A stretch of 64,000 bases of DNA, from positions 100,998,001 to 101,062,000 of the forward strand of contig CM052816.1 of assembly GCA_028534125.1 (NCBI GenBank), read 5' to 3'. Position 1 is the first letter of the stretch. Each line of letters opens with the position of its first letter. A program made the position numbers and the translations under genes. Positions 1 to 13,958 of the stretch are shown here, one piece after another. The notes under the pieces are model-generated. The model had not been told where the DNA came from and ran no database searches. It saw only the letters and a program-made list of their open reading frames with translations. The stretch is from Lama glama. Taxonomy: Eukaryota.

Positions 1-3000
1 GAGGACGGACTTCGGGCCGCGGGAGCTCCACCGGGTACGATGAGAGCCTTGGTGACGCTGGGTCCCTGGAGCGTCAGATGTCAGACAGAGGGTGTTTCTG
101 ATCTTTGCCTGAACCTGGCGCATCGCGATTCTGTGTCCGTTACAGAGATGTGGTCATTCCAGGGCCCTCCCAGAGAAGGAGCGGGATGACGCCCGACTTC
201 CGTTGTTGTTCACGTGGAGATGGAGACCAGACACAGCAGGACTGCGCGCATGGCACGGCGACTCTGTAGCCTCATGGAGACGGTGACAAAGAGGCAGAGG
301 TGTGGCCGTCAGAAGGGCAGGTGCGGGCCAGGAGGAAGGGTATCAGCCTAGCATTTTCCGCCTTGGCTTCTCCAATCTTTGCGTTATTTTACATGCATCG
401 TAGTCAAGTTCATCTCGTCAGATCAGCGAAGGGCAAGCTGATGGAGCCCTGTGCACGATCTTGGTGGGAAGCCCCACTTTCCAGTGGTGCAGGGCTCGAA
501 GGGGGCCCTGCGAGGCACGAGAGGTGCTGAGCGCTGCCCACCTGGGACCCTGCAGACAGCCCAGGGTGCAGGGCGGACAAGACGACACAGCCCGGGGCTG
601 GGGGAGAGCAGGGAGGGCCCTACCCGCCGGTCGGCACACGCCTGTCTTGTCCGCCTCCCTGCTTCGCTGGTTCCCTCTGCAGCGATGCTCACAGGCTGCG
701 GTGAGCAGGGAGGGTGCTCAGCTGGGTCTCAGAGAGGTGAGAGCTTGACAGACAGAGTGCGAGGGGAGAGAGTGTTCAAGGCGGAGGCAGGGCCTGGTCC
801 AGAGGCCAGGGTACTGGAGGGGACAGTGCTCGTTTTAACCAGGGACATGTGCTGGGTGGGAGCTGGGGCAGGGTCACCAAGGGCCTGATTGGGGAAATCC
901 TGGGGGACCAGTGAACAGGAGTAGCATCAAGTCGTTTGCCGCTCCCCCGGGGCGGAGGCACCGCGTTGCTCAGGTAGGGCTGGTGCAGGCCATGGGCTGC
1001 TCACTTGAATCTGTGAGGTTCCCTGGCTGGGGGTGCTCAGGGGTGGGGGGAAATAGCCCATAACCCACCAGAATGAAGGCCGCAGAAAGAAACCAAAGGA
1101 CAAGAGGAAAGGTGGTTTCCACGCGACGACTTCACATCTCTAGGGACCTAACTGGACATGGCGCATGAGTCCTGCGTCAAGAAGGCTCCTAGACAAGCTG
1201 GTCAAATTCAGAGCACTTCTGGGAGTGGGACACGGGGCACACTTGGATGCTGCCTGCAGACCAAGCTCGACGCTGAGTCGGTGGAGGGGTTGCAGCGTTC
1301 CTGTGCACGTCACATCTGTGCCAGGATCAACCCAGGCACCTGATGGGCACCCTGACCTCACCAAGATGCCTTCCTGATGGCCCCACAGACTTGGCGCCCT
1401 GCTTAGGATGGCCCATGCGAGGGGAGTTTGCTTGAGGCTCAGGGGAGTCGGCCTCTGGCAGGTGTAAGGTGCCCGTGGCTCAGCGCCATCCCCGCGGCAG
1501 GTGGCAGGCAGGGAGAGGTGCAGAGTGAGTGGAGGGGGCAGGAGGAGAAGGTCCCGGCCCCTGCAGCTGAGGAGCTGTCCTTGGAAAATCAGCAACTCTG
1601 GGGAAGGCTTGGTGGTGTGAATGGCTGGAGGGAGGGGGCAACTCCGGAGGAGGCGACCTCCTACCTCACAAGCATGTCCAGGCACGAGTCCCCCCAGGCA
1701 CAAACCTGCTCACTTCTTTGCACGCACACACATGCACACATGCACATGCGCGGCTGCGGAGAGCTCCTGCTGGTGCCAGTTGGCCCAGCCCTGTGTGTGG
1801 GCGCTCGGGGGCAGAGGGCAGCGTCTCCCTCACAGCAGGACAGAGGGGGCAGAGGTGAAGACAGGAGGGCATGCGGGGCCCCGGGGGCTCAGAGATCCCC
1901 GAGGTGGGAGCTGGGAGGGCGCGCCGGCATCTGCAGAGGGCTTTGTGTGGGGGAGGGCAGAGGAGAGGCCTGTGGAGTCCCGGGCTGTCACTGGCCCCTG
2001 GGTGTAGGCATCTGGAGGAGAGGGGTGTCCCCCTTGATGGTGGTTGAGCTAGGGGAGGAGGGAAGAGGAGGCAGTGTGGCCTCGCCGTGTGGCAGGGAGA
2101 CAGCAGGTGAGGTGGCCCCAGCCTGTCCCCAAGGAGCTGTGGGCCGGGGGCCGAGCACGGTCTTCCAGTCGGGCAGGGGCTCTGGCCACACAGCCCTGCG
2201 GTGCCCTGGACGGTGGTGCACTGCAGTGGGACCAACGCCCTCCCAGCCCCGCCCGGCCCCAGGGCCCCCACCCCGCCAGCACCCCAGAGTTCTAGTACAC
2301 CCCTCAGACCGCCACCTGGAATTCAAGAGCACGCTGCCGCCACGAGGCCAGACGCGGGGCCTCCTGCCATCCTCCCCGCCCTCGACACCCCGAGGCGCCA
2401 CGGTGGCCTCACCAGCGGGGAGCAGGGCCTGTCCCGCTGCACAGGTGATGCCCATTCACAGTCCAGCTGCCAATGGGGCCTAATTCATGAATTTGATGAT
2501 GGAGACCTGCTTCAAGGGACTTCAGCCCAAGTTCAAGGTCATCAGCCTGCACCCCAGCCCCAGCTTTGCAGCAGACGGAAGTTACAGCAGGCGAGTAGGT
2601 GGGCCTGACATCCGCGGTAGTGCCCAGGCGCCGGCGACAGACCCTCTGGGGCAGGGCGGTCGGCACGAATGCACACTCAGGGCAAAGGCCCCCTCGAGGT
2701 GGCCAGAGCCCCTGCAGGGGGCAGTGGGGTCACCCCCACTTCTGTGGGTCTGTGGGTCTCCTGTCTGTCCAGTAGGAGAAGATGAAGCTTCTGCGTCTTC
2801 CTCTGGTGGCCTCGTCCTTGTGAACATGGGGCCCTGCAAGGGGAGTGGACCACCCAGGACCGGGGGAACTCCAAAATGTGGGGGCCACACCTGGCCTCCC
2901 CACGTGGCACTTGTGTAGTGAAAACTGGTTGTGTGCGCTGTTAGACGTACCACGGGGCGGCGGGGCAGGCAGCACCTGGGGATTGCTCCAGGGACGATGC

Positions 3001-3740
3001 CGGGCCTTGAGGAGGGTGCCTGCGGCTGGTCAGCGAGGGGCACTGGGCCCTGAGGAAGGCTAGGGCTCTACCCGTGTGGGGTCCTGGGGGAGGGCAGGAG
3101 CGCTGTGTGCCCCCCTGGGCTCTGTGCAGGGCAGGCCGGCCCACAGGACCCAGGAAAGCAGCCGGGGTGGGAAGTGGCGGTGGCCTAGGGGTTCCTCCTC
3201 CCCTTTGGCCTCAGGGCGTTTCTCCTCTGTCCGCAGAGCTGGCCACCTTCTTGGGGTGGGGGCGGCTGGAGGTGGCTGAGGATGGGAGGGGACGTGGAGG
3301 CTGAGTGAGGCTGGCTGCAAACTTCGCTCCGTCCCGCTCAGCGTGAGAGGGGAGGAGATGGTGAGTGCTAGCGCTCAGGTTTACTTCGTATTTCAGGATT
3401 AATCTAGCCTAGAATTTTCGCCTGCAGGGAAGCAGTCTAGCCCGCGGGGCAGGACCACAGCCATGCGCCTGCCCAGCAGGCCGTTGGAGCCACACCTCTG
3501 CAGGCCGGCTGTGTCCCCTGAGGGCCCAGAGCCTTGGGTGACCCCCAGCCAGCCCTCCGCTCCACATTCCTCGTGGGCCTGGCGGGACGGGCACTCCCTT
3601 CTTATCTGGTTCCTGAACCGCTCCTCGCCCACCGCTGCCGGCCCAGGGTTATCAGAGGATTTGCAGCTTTTCACCTGTTTCTGCCATCCAGCCACTGTGG
3701 GGCGGCTTCAGGGGCGGTGGGAGGGGCCGTGTGTGTGTGT

Positions 3741-3877
3741 NNNNNNNNNNNNNNNNNNNNNNNNNNNNNNNNNNNNNNNNNNNNNNNNNNNNNNNNNNNN
3801 NNNNNNNNNNNNNNNNNNNNNNNNNNNNNNNNNNNNNNNNNNNNNNNNNNNNNNNNNNNNNNNNNNNNNNNNNNNNN
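3741..3877. other. Assembly gap (137 N) next to a (TG)n microsatellite
   Basis: N run immediately after GTGTGTGTGT. Confidence 0.99.
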
Positions 3878-6800
3878 GTCACCCCGGCGTCTGCAGAGCC
3901 CCCGCCTCCGACCACACAAGCCATGTGTTATTTTGTTTTCCTTCATGTGCTGCTGGAAATCAGACGCCATTCATTTCATTCCTCCCATTTCAAGTACGAA
4001 ATAAGTCATTGTCCTTGACATGTAACATTTCCTTCCCTCAATTAGCGCAACGTCCTCATCTTGAGCGTCTGTGACATAAGCGGACCTACTTGGGGAAACA
4101 GATAAATCTGTGACATCGGGAAACAGGATGAAGACAGCTTCTCTTGTCCCCAGACCCGCACCCGCCGTGAAGTCCACTTTAAAATGCTGTCCTTGTCTAT
4201 AAAATAGATTTTGCTGAGCCAGAAGCGGATCACAGAGATAGGGGCCCTGCACCCTCGCCCGCCGGCTTCCATCCTCCGCAAGCTGACGACCCACGCCCGA
4301 CGCTCCCACCAGGACCCGGCCTGCACCCGGTTCTGGGACCCTGAGGGTGGACCTCGGGGGACAGTGCAGTTGCAGGGTTGTGAGATGCCGTTCTTTCATG
4401 AGGGGTGAAGTGCAAAGAGGTAAACAGACGCTTGCACGCGGAAGCACGCGCCCTTTAAGTGCAGGGGCCGCTGCAGAGACGGGCAAAGGGCGCAGGTGTT
4501 TTCTAGACAGTTGTGTCAAAGCCAAGGCTGGACCCCTCACCGCAGCTTTGCCTTTACTTTGCACGTTTGTCTGACCTCTCTCCCTCTAGAACACGAGAAG
4601 TGACTGTGTCACGGACGTGGAGAGGAGCCCACGGCGGTTCCTGCGGACCAGCCATCACTGTGGCCTCTGGGCCCGGGCAGCGCCAATGAGCAGGACTGCC
4701 CACGAGCCTCCCAGCTTCGCAGGGCCGCCCCTCACCAAGTGCGCTCTGCAAGGGACGTCATTAATGTACTTGCTGTAAAGGGCCACCAGCCGTTCGTGGC
4801 ACCAGATGCTGCCTCCCTGGGATCTGCATGTTCAACTAGACAGGGTGTCAAGGAGGCAGTGATGGCCATCGGACCTCAGCAACCCGTCCAGCCCCACGAG
4901 TCACGGCCGCTCGGGGCCACCAGCCTGTGTACACGGCCGAGCAGCCGTCCCCACATCCAGTGCGCCAGCCGGGCTCCATCTGGCCTGGTCCAGGGTGTCG
5001 GAGCTTTAGGACACGTCCCTGTCAAATCAGCGCTTCATCCAAACACCGCGCAGGGCTATGCAGGATCAGAGGGTCTGCGGGGCTCACGTCTCGGGAAGCA
5101 GGACGGAAGGAGGCGCGGCCTCGGACTGGAAGAGCCACGCCGCCCACCCTGGCCCTGGCTGGACGGGGCGTCACCTGTGCACCCACCAGCCCAGCAGGGT
5201 CCAGATTTGGGTGCTCCTGAGGTGGGGAGAGCAGAAAGGAAGGGAGCCCCGACTTCCAGACCGTCGAGGGGCACAGCAGGCTGACACCCTGACGAGTGAC
5301 GACAGACCTCAGGGTGTGCCAGCCTCTGGGACCTGGGGCGACAGAAGCCCCCTCCCCTCCTCCACGGACCCCTCACGGACCCCCTGGTCCACAGGATCAT
5401 TGTCACTGTGGCTCCTCCAGCGGACAAGCTCCCGGACAAGAGTGAGTTCCCCAGTCTGATGAGACCGAGAGGCTTAAAGGCTCGGTTGCCATGGGAAGGC
5501 TCTCGCTCAGGGGGACAGGATCATTCCTGGCCATCACCTGTGGTCATCTGGAGCCTGGTGCCGCCTTCCCGGAGGCTCTGGTGACCCGGGGCCGCTGTGC
5601 TCCCAGGGTGGCTTGCAGGGCACAGGGACTGGACGCTCACAGCCCCGGGCGCTGAATCCCACCCTGGAGCTCCTGGGGGCCCTCCGGAGAGCCTCTGTGA
5701 CGGCCCAGAAGAAGTCCTTATTGTCAGTAGCTGAAAGGTCACAATTCCTGGAAACCAGAGTCACGAGCCAGGCCTGCCACAGGCCAGGCGACTCACAATG
5801 CGGCTGGACTAACAGCCCTGCAGGGCCCCTGACGGACAAGGCAGGGCCCGGGGAGCAGCCGGGAGGCAGAGTCCAGCAAGAGGAGGCCGCGTCCTCCAGC
5901 GGCTCTGGGCGTCTCTCCCCACCCTCCCGTCTGCATCCTGCTTGCCTGAAAGAACCTCTCATCAGTGTGAAACCGAGAACCAGCCTCAAATTTTCAGGGT
6001 CCCCAGGGTCAGGTGCAGGCTGCGGCCAGGAGGACGGACCTGAACCCAGAGAGCGAGAGACTACAGTTACCGATGGCCGCCCGGGGCCCGTGCCTGGCAG
6101 GGAGGCACGCAGTGCGGCTTCACGCACATGGACGGCGTGGCTGCTGGATGCTGTGTCCTGGCCTCGTGGCATCTGTTTCAGCGGCTGAGAGCAACTCCAA
6201 GTTCTCAGTTGGCCGAAGGAAACGGACTGGAGGTTGCCTGCATTGAATGAGATCAGAACACCAGCAGGAAAGGGCCCGAACACCCGGGGAGAGAGTGGTG
6301 GTGCAGGGGTGCCTTTACTGTGTGTGCCGTTCCCTCCAGGGTCCAGAGAACGTCCCTCCACGTGGCTGGGAGGAACCACGACGAAGAGAGGACGCTGCTC
6401 TCCCCAACTCTGCCACACCAGTCCCTGCAGGCTGCCGGCGACCACGAGAGGCGTGGCCATCAGCACGATGTGGGTCCCGGGGTGGCCGGCCAAGGGCAGG
6501 TCTTGGCCCTAGAGATGGGTGGGTGTGGGACCCCAGTGGGTGGCAGGGCGGCCCACACATGGCCTGGCCATGGAGACCTTTGCCAACACCACTGACTCTT
6601 GACTCAACGTTCCTATGACTCAAATACACAAGTCTTATGATTTGTATCATAAAAGGGACAAAAGCAAAAAACAAAAAATAGATTAAAACAATGCAAAGTA
6701 GCCTGCAGGCCTGGGAAGCTGAGGGTGGACTTGAATCATGGCGCCTTGACCAGCACCCGCTGGAGCCAGCTCGGGGGCCTGGGACCCTTCCACGGAGGGG

Positions 6801-7326
6801 AGGCTGGTCCCCGGAGCAGACACTGCTGCGCCGACAGGAGTTTCTGCTGCAAGTCTCCCCAGCCTTCCCGAAAGGGACTGTTCGAGGCCATTACCATGGC
6901 GACTGTGCCCTGTGGGAGGACAGACCCAGGCCTCTTGGTGATTCCAGACCCTAATTCCTGGAAACCCAGGACACACGACCAGGGCAGGGGCTTGGGGAGG
7001 CAGGTGCGTGGTGTGCGGGCTGCAGCCAGGCTGCCCCTGGTGGGCTCTGCCCCCGAGTCCACCCTGCAGGTGCTCCCCGGGGTCCAGGATGCAGGTGCTG
7101 CCCAGACTTGGCAGCGAGGGGGAGAAGGAAGGAAAGGCCAAGGGGTGACTGAGACCCAGCGTTTCCCACCAAGATGTAACCGAGGTCGTCCAAGGTCATT
7201 CTGCGGTGGGAGGGTCTGCCAGGACCAGACGGCTAAGATGTTGCGAGACGCGGGGTGGTGATCCCCACCGAACCCCCGCCCACTTCCCCTGTGGCTCATG
7301 GAGGACGCGGGGGCGGGGAGGAGGAT

Positions 7327-7435
7327 GGGGTCACCGTGAACTCGGGAGGAAAATCAGCACGTCCTTTAGGGGTCACCGTGAACTCGGGAGGAAAATCAGC
7401 ACGTCCTTTAGTGGAAAAAAATCCACACGTCCCTT
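7327..7435. repeat. 42-bp tandem duplication (2 exact copies plus a degenerate partial third)
   Basis: GGGGTCACCGTGAACTCGGGAGGAAAATCAGCACGTCCTTTA at 7327 and 7369, followed by GGAAAAAAATCCACACGTCCCTT. Confidence 0.95.
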
Positions 7436-10400
7436 GTTACCAAAATGTCCCTGAGATCTGGGAGTGCACTTCTCTCTATGCCCAGTGGTAAGGCCCACCA
7501 GATGTCCCCGTGGAGGCCGGCACCTGGTGAAGCCCCCGGGTTCGCAGGGGCCGCTGCACACCGCCGGCTCGCTTGCAATCCCGCCCGCGGGGGCGGCCCT
7601 GCTAACCGGGCCCGGGCGGGGCTGGGCCCCAGAGGGCCGAGGAGGCGGTGCCAAGGGACGGAGTGGCCGCTTTGGAGCTGTGTCTTTACAGAGGGAGTCG
7701 TCCTAAAACGAGGCCCCAGGGTGGGCTGATCCCATGCGACTGGAGTCCTGAGAAGAGGCGCTCTGGACACAGACAGGCACAGAGGGCCGGCCGTGTGGGG
7801 ACACAGGGCGAGGCGGCGTCTGCACGCCCGAAGAGAGGCCTCAGGGGGAAGCGGCCCCTTGACTAGCTCAGGGCCCCTGCGTCCAGGCCCGGGAGGCACA
7901 TCTCGGCTGTTTCCGGCCACCCCACTAGCAGCTGTGTGTGGAGCAGCCCTGGGCCCGCTGGAGAGGCACGTGGCCGAAGCCAGTGGCCCCGCCAGGAGGG
8001 ACCAGGACCCAGAAAGTCAAGTGTGCAGAGGATGAGGCAGCCCGGTGGAAGGGAACTGGCTGCAGCGTGGGGCTCACCAGCACCCCACCTTGCAAGGAGG
8101 CCGGGCGCTCTGCACAGAGAGAGTTTATTTCGGGGAACGCGGCCACGTCGGGCTCTGCCCGCCAGGGTCCCCACCACGTGCTCCCTTTGGTCTTAACCAC
8201 AGGGGTCTCCTGGGGAGCCTCGACTGACCCTCTGTCCCACAAACCCACAAAGCTCGCGTCCCAGTGGCCAGCAGAGCTGGGGCCCTCAGCCACAGCGCAG
8301 GCTGCTCTCTGCCTCGGGCGTCAGCCCAGCAGGTGCAGAGAAACCCCCGTGCCTGGGGCAGAAAGGGGTGCTGCGTGCCGCCTCCCGAGAGCACGGGGTG
8401 GGGGGACGCCGGCCGCACCCTGTGGCCCATGAGCAGGTCCGTGTCGTCCTCGCCAAAAGTCACAGCCTTTTGGGGACCCTGACGGAGCCTGCTCCCCGTC
8501 CCTGAGGGAGAGCACGGGACCTCGGTGACTGCCACACAAGCTGCCCATGGGCGAGGCCACCGGGCCACAAGTGCAGGTGCACAGAGCTGCAGCCTGCCGC
8601 CAGGCGGCCATGGTGCGGGTGCGGGCAGGCCGGGGAATTTTGGGCACGAGGACTGCACAGGGGGCTGGGTGACCCGGTGAACACCTCCCACTGCACACTG
8701 CTCCCCACATCTGGATGCCACCCCAAAACCTTACCCAACAGCCTACTATCTCCTTCTCTTTCCAGGAAGGGACCAGGCTGACAGTCCCCACGCACAGGTG
8801 CTGGGACGGGTCTCCCAGATGTGGGACCCTCCATGGGGACTCTCCACGGGGACAGGTTTCTCTGCAGGTGACCAGGAATAAGCCACCACACTTCTTGGCG
8901 TTTGACGCTCTCAGCACTGGTGACACCCACAGTCAGACCCACTGCTTCCCGACGCTCAGCCCTTTCCTGACATAGGTAATCGGTCTGAACTTGCGGGTTT
9001 AGCAGGAAGCAGCACCCCCGGGTGCATTTCACTCTCCACATTGACATTCATGTAAATGGGAGGACGGCTAAACGGAGAAGAGGAGGAGGGAAGTGCAGGG
9101 AGACGGACAGCACCTCTCTGGCGATCCAGAAGCCCCGCCGTGGTGGCCAGCGGCCCCCACAGCCTCTCTTCCTGGACACCTCCCTCCCCCCACCTGAGCA
9201 AAGCAGAGGTCAGAGGGCTCAGGGTGGCATTTACCAAGATCAGAGACATTTCAGAGAAACAAACAGTTCTAAATACAAGAAGCAACTTTGGGATGGAGGT
9301 CCTGGGAGTGACAGCTTCCAACGGGCGCAGGCGGTGTGTGGGTTTGCACCTGGGCCCCATAGAGGAAGGGGGCTGCTTCCTCCCAGGCGGGTCCCCAGGC
9401 AGGTCCCCCCCCCCAGGCCAGCCTCCTCCCAGGCCGTCTGGGTCACCCCTGCCTCCAGCCGCCCGCCCTGGAGATGCCCGGGCAGGTGAGGAGGTGACAG
9501 GGTCAGTGGGCTCCCATCAGTCCGTCCGGCCACCCCCTCTTCCTCACTCGCCGCAGCCCCACCCGCACTGACAGCTCGTCAGCTCCGCCAAGGACAGATG
9601 GCTCCGGGTCATCCTGCAAACGTCACTGTCCATTGACCTTGCCTGCCTGACCTCGTCACTACTCTCTGTGCCTGGAAGGGCGAGCGTGTAAGTCCCACCC
9701 CCACCCGCCCCTGCCGCCCGGGTCCCTCCCGGTGTCTGCGCAGCTCCACCGGTGACAGACGTCCCACCGTAAACGCGTCCTGGGGTGGCGGCAACTCCGT
9801 CTCGCCTTTCAGATTATTCCCGATTGTTACTACAGACACTTCTGCTGAAAACTGAGGAAGCGCGAAGAAGGCTGAGGAAAACGGAAGTCACGCGTGAGGG
9901 CCTCACTCGGCGCAGAGCCTTGACCAGGGTTTCCAATCGTTTCTTTACGCACATCTTCGCAATTAGTTCTCCTTGACGCTGACAAGCCTTTTCAAGAAAA
10001 CACTCCAGGGAGGCAGTGGCGATGGACGCTTTCTAGGAACTCGAGGTCAGAACTCGGCAGACCCGGAGCGTGTCCTGGAGGGTGCGGTCAGTCCTGGCCT
10101 CTTCCCACCTGCTTCCCGGGGTCCCAGTGAGCCCACTTCGCAGGCCCTTCTGGGTGTCTTCAGGGTCCAGGCCATGCCAGGCCCGCATCTACGTGGGACC
10201 GTGAGGCCTGGGTACTCAGCAAGGAGAGCAGGGAGCAGGCTCCGCCTGGCAGACCCCGCGTCCCATGTAGACCGTGGGGTAAAACCAGCTCCCAAATCAT
10301 TGGGACCGAGCCAGGCGTGGGCTTCAAAGGGGCTGACCCCGACCCTGCAGAGTTTCCCAGCAACCAGGTCCAGGGCTCACCACCGCCAGTACCGTCTCCC

Positions 10401-13400
10401 AGGTCCCTGCCTCCACCCAGCCCTCTCGCCTGTCCCGTCCCATCCCCTCCCGGCCACATTGCTCATTCTGGTCCCCGTGGTAAGACTCCAGTGGCCGACA
10501 GCCCCCATTTCACTCTCATCCATACAGGGTCGAACAGCCAGCTGTCTCGGGGCTGCACCCAGAACAGGCAGTAAGACGGACGCTGGCGTTGGGTCAGGAG
10601 CCGGCCGGTGGCACTCAGACCCTGTCCAGGGCGGGGTCCTTGGCCCCAGGCCACAGGGCAGCTGTCACATGCTACTGGCCATGAGCTCAGCGGAAACTGA
10701 CCTGCAGAGTGGAGGCCTACAGAGGCCAGGTGCGTGGTGACACCTCCCGCAGGGCGGGGTCGGACAGGACATACAGGGCCCCGCCATCTCAGCAGGTGCA
10801 GTGACTTCACAGAAAGCATGAGACCCGACGACCCTCCCAGTGGGTCAGAACAGAGTCGATAGGTCAGGCCGGGCTGCCACGAGAGGCCAGCCCCCGGAGA
10901 CCTCTGGGCCGGGCTGCAGCCGGGGTTTGAAGTTCCCTCGGCCGCCCCCTGAGGGATCTGGACTCCTCCCTCTGTCCCGGGGCCCCAGGCACTGCTCAGC
11001 CCCCAGCACACACACAGTGGCAGCCTCAGCCCCGAGGACAAGGTCACCGGGCGGCAGTGCGCGGAGGCCCTGGGCTGTGCTGTGAGCCCTCGAGGACCGG
11101 GTGGGCGACCTTCTGCAGGACAACAGCCCCAGGGCCATGGGGGGAGCCGAAGGGCCCCCAGCTGCTGTGGTCCCACCGCCTTCCTTCGTCTGGAGTCCGC
11201 AGAGGCCCCACCGGGGCCGCGCGGGGCCCCTTTAAGGGGCGCTGCACGTGGTAACACCTCTGAGCCCCTCTGCGCAGGAGGGTCACGTGGGAGCCAGACC
11301 TCCGGGGTTTAGCGTTCAGTTTGTGGACTGTTGTCAGAATTCCAGCCGAACGCTGCACCGTCAGAGTAAACACGGAGGCACAGAGTCGTTTGTCTTTTTT
11401 TTTCACTTTCTGAGTAAGCAGCCTTCCTTTCCAAGAGCTGTTTCACAGGATTCATGTTTACGTGAGAAGAAAGTGAATTCATCTTCCTCGGCGCCCAGCT
11501 TCTCATCTCTCCTCGGCACCCTGGCCTGACCCCCTCCCTTCCTCTCAGTGCAGGCCGGTCCTTCCAGGTGGTTCCAGTCCAAGAACCACCCCAGCTGTCC
11601 GTGGGCGCCCCGCCTCAGAACTGTGTTCTCCCAAGACTCCAGCCGAGACCTGAGAAGCTGGCTTTGCCGTCCAGCATTCCTGGTGGGTCCAGAGGAAGTT
11701 CATGGGCCAAACAGTATTTCTAATGCAAACTTCATTATGTAATTATGGCGTGAAACATGTTATTTCCCCTTTATTTTTCCTCTCTTGGTTATGGTCAATT
11801 TTACTGCGTAAATAAGCTTCACGCCCGCACTGCACACCTCGCAGCCTGCGCACCACAGAGCTGAGGCCGGCGCAGGCCGGGCACGACTGCACGTGATCTG
11901 CAGGCTGACGTGGCCGTTGCTTCCTCTGCAGGAACAGCTGCTGCCGTCTGGCCACGTGGGCTGTGAGTCGGGGCGGCGGGCCCCGCAGGCGTTCACGGGC
12001 TCCATGCAGAAGGGCTGGTGGCACATGGCCTCGCCCGGCAGTGGGGGCGCCACAAACGTGACCTCACAGACCGGCCTGACACAGCCGCCCTGAGGGTCCC
12101 CTCTGAAGAGCTCTGTGGGGTGGGGAGTAAGTATGCAAGGCAGGGGCAGCCAGCCTCGGTTTCCCCGAAGGAGGGTGACCCGACCCACAGGCTCTGCGGA
12201 GAGGGCCCCTTTCACTGGAGCAGCTCATCAGGGTGGTTGCCAGCACGGCCCAGGGAGGGCAGTGGGGCTGCCTGTCCCTCCATCCCCCTTTGCCCCTCCT
12301 TTGCATCTCCTGGGTGCAGGGAGTGTCCACATCCTCCCAGCGCCAACCAGCCCCGAACTCCTTCACCTCCCGGGCACACCCTGGACCAGCTCACAGGACA
12401 GATGAGCAGAGGCTGGGGAAACAGGCAGAGAAACCGTGGAAACAGGAGAAGCATTGCCCAGGGATGATGTTCTGACCAGGTGAACCCACGAGCCTCCTAC
12501 AGACGCGACTCTAAGTAAATAACAAGGAAAACTGCTCCGAGGGCAGAGAAGTCAGACCCACAGCTTTACAGGCAGCGCAGGAACGGTCTGTCCATCTGTC
12601 CACAGGGCGATGATCAATTGCATCCCGTCGGACACTCCGAGGGCAGCTTCTGAGAAGTCTGCACGTGGCTGCTTGTCCCCCTCAGGACAAACCCGGTCTC
12701 CGCAGTCTCGCGGGACCCCAGGCTCTCAGAGGCCCCGCCCGCCGGGCAGATCAGCCCTGCAGGCCCCACATCCCTCGGCAGGACGTCAGTCCTCTCCGTG
12801 GCCCGTTCCTGAGCCCTGGGCCTCCACTTCCATAGGAAAAAGGCAGACTGCTAAGCATTTCTGGGAGGAGATTACATGGAGCCGTGGCAAGTGTGTCCAG
12901 GTCTCACTGAGGCTGCCCATCCATCCGGGAAATGTTCTCTGCACCCTTGCCACCACAAAACTTCAGTTTCCTCCAATTGTTCTTCGAAAAAGAGATTCCT
13001 GATCGTTCCTCTCCTCGGTGTAATCAAAATGCATCTAACAAGTTTGGGGCAGACCCAGGTGGGCAGGGTCCGAGCAGCGCCTGCCTCTGGGCAGACCACC
13101 ATGGACAGGTCAGCTCTGGGTCCGGGCCAGCAGGAGGCCGGGTGGCCCAGGTTCAGACCCGCCTGAGATGCTGCCCGCCCACCAGCCGCTGCAGGAGCAC
13201 ATCCAGCCTCCGGTCCCCAATCTCCTCCCTCTGTGGGCAGGAAGGCCCCAGGGGTGACCACCGGCCTTCCCACTAAACAGCTGCGGGAACCATCTTTGGT
13301 CCCATGGCTCCACTGGCTGAGTTCTGAAATCCAATTTCAGCCGATAATTCAACTTAAAATGTTTGGCTCAATTGAACATACACCGGTTGCTTCTATAAAT

Positions 13401-13699
13401 CAATCCATTTAACCTTGCCTTGATATTCACGTGCAGGTGCCTGTAAACAAAGATTCAGTGTCAGTCCTGGTGATGAGCACCGTGTCTAGGCCACATGAAT
13501 CTCCTTGTTTATGAAGAGAACGTGATGTAAGTGGTCCTCACCCCCCACTAAGATGCTGCCTTCACATGGCCACCTGTCCTATGCTGCCCCATGGCTGGCG
13601 TGAGAGCCACACTGCCGGCCCTGCCCTCTGAGTGACTCGCGGAGGCCCACACTTGCCCTCAGGGAGCCCTGTGATGACGTGACAGGGGAGCCAACCACC

Positions 13700-13958
13700 A
13701 CACCATCCACCTCCTGGAAGAAGCCTGCTCCCCATGACCCACCACATCAGTAGCAGGGACATGAGCCCCCACCTCCCAGACGGGCTCTGCCACACCCTGC
13801 CACAGCCCTGGTCTCTGTCGTCCACCACCAGGAGGGCATGTCCCAGACATGGCCCGTGATGAGAAGAAATGCAATGGCCAGCCTGCTGCCCAGGTGGAAG
13901 GCAAGAATTGCTCTTTGAGATTTGGGGGTGTTTGTTATACAGCAAACTGACTGATACA
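13700..13958 (+). mobile_element. Old ERVL-MaLR LTR fragment (MLT1K/L-like)
   Basis: 3' end TTTGGGGGTGTTTGTTATACAGCAAACTGACTGATACA is typical of old MLT1. The 5' boundary is uncertain. Confidence 0.55.

Noticed and set aside
7327-7435. CRISPR-like repeat array
   Set aside because: The copies are adjacent with no spacers, in eukaryotic DNA, so this is a simple tandem duplication.
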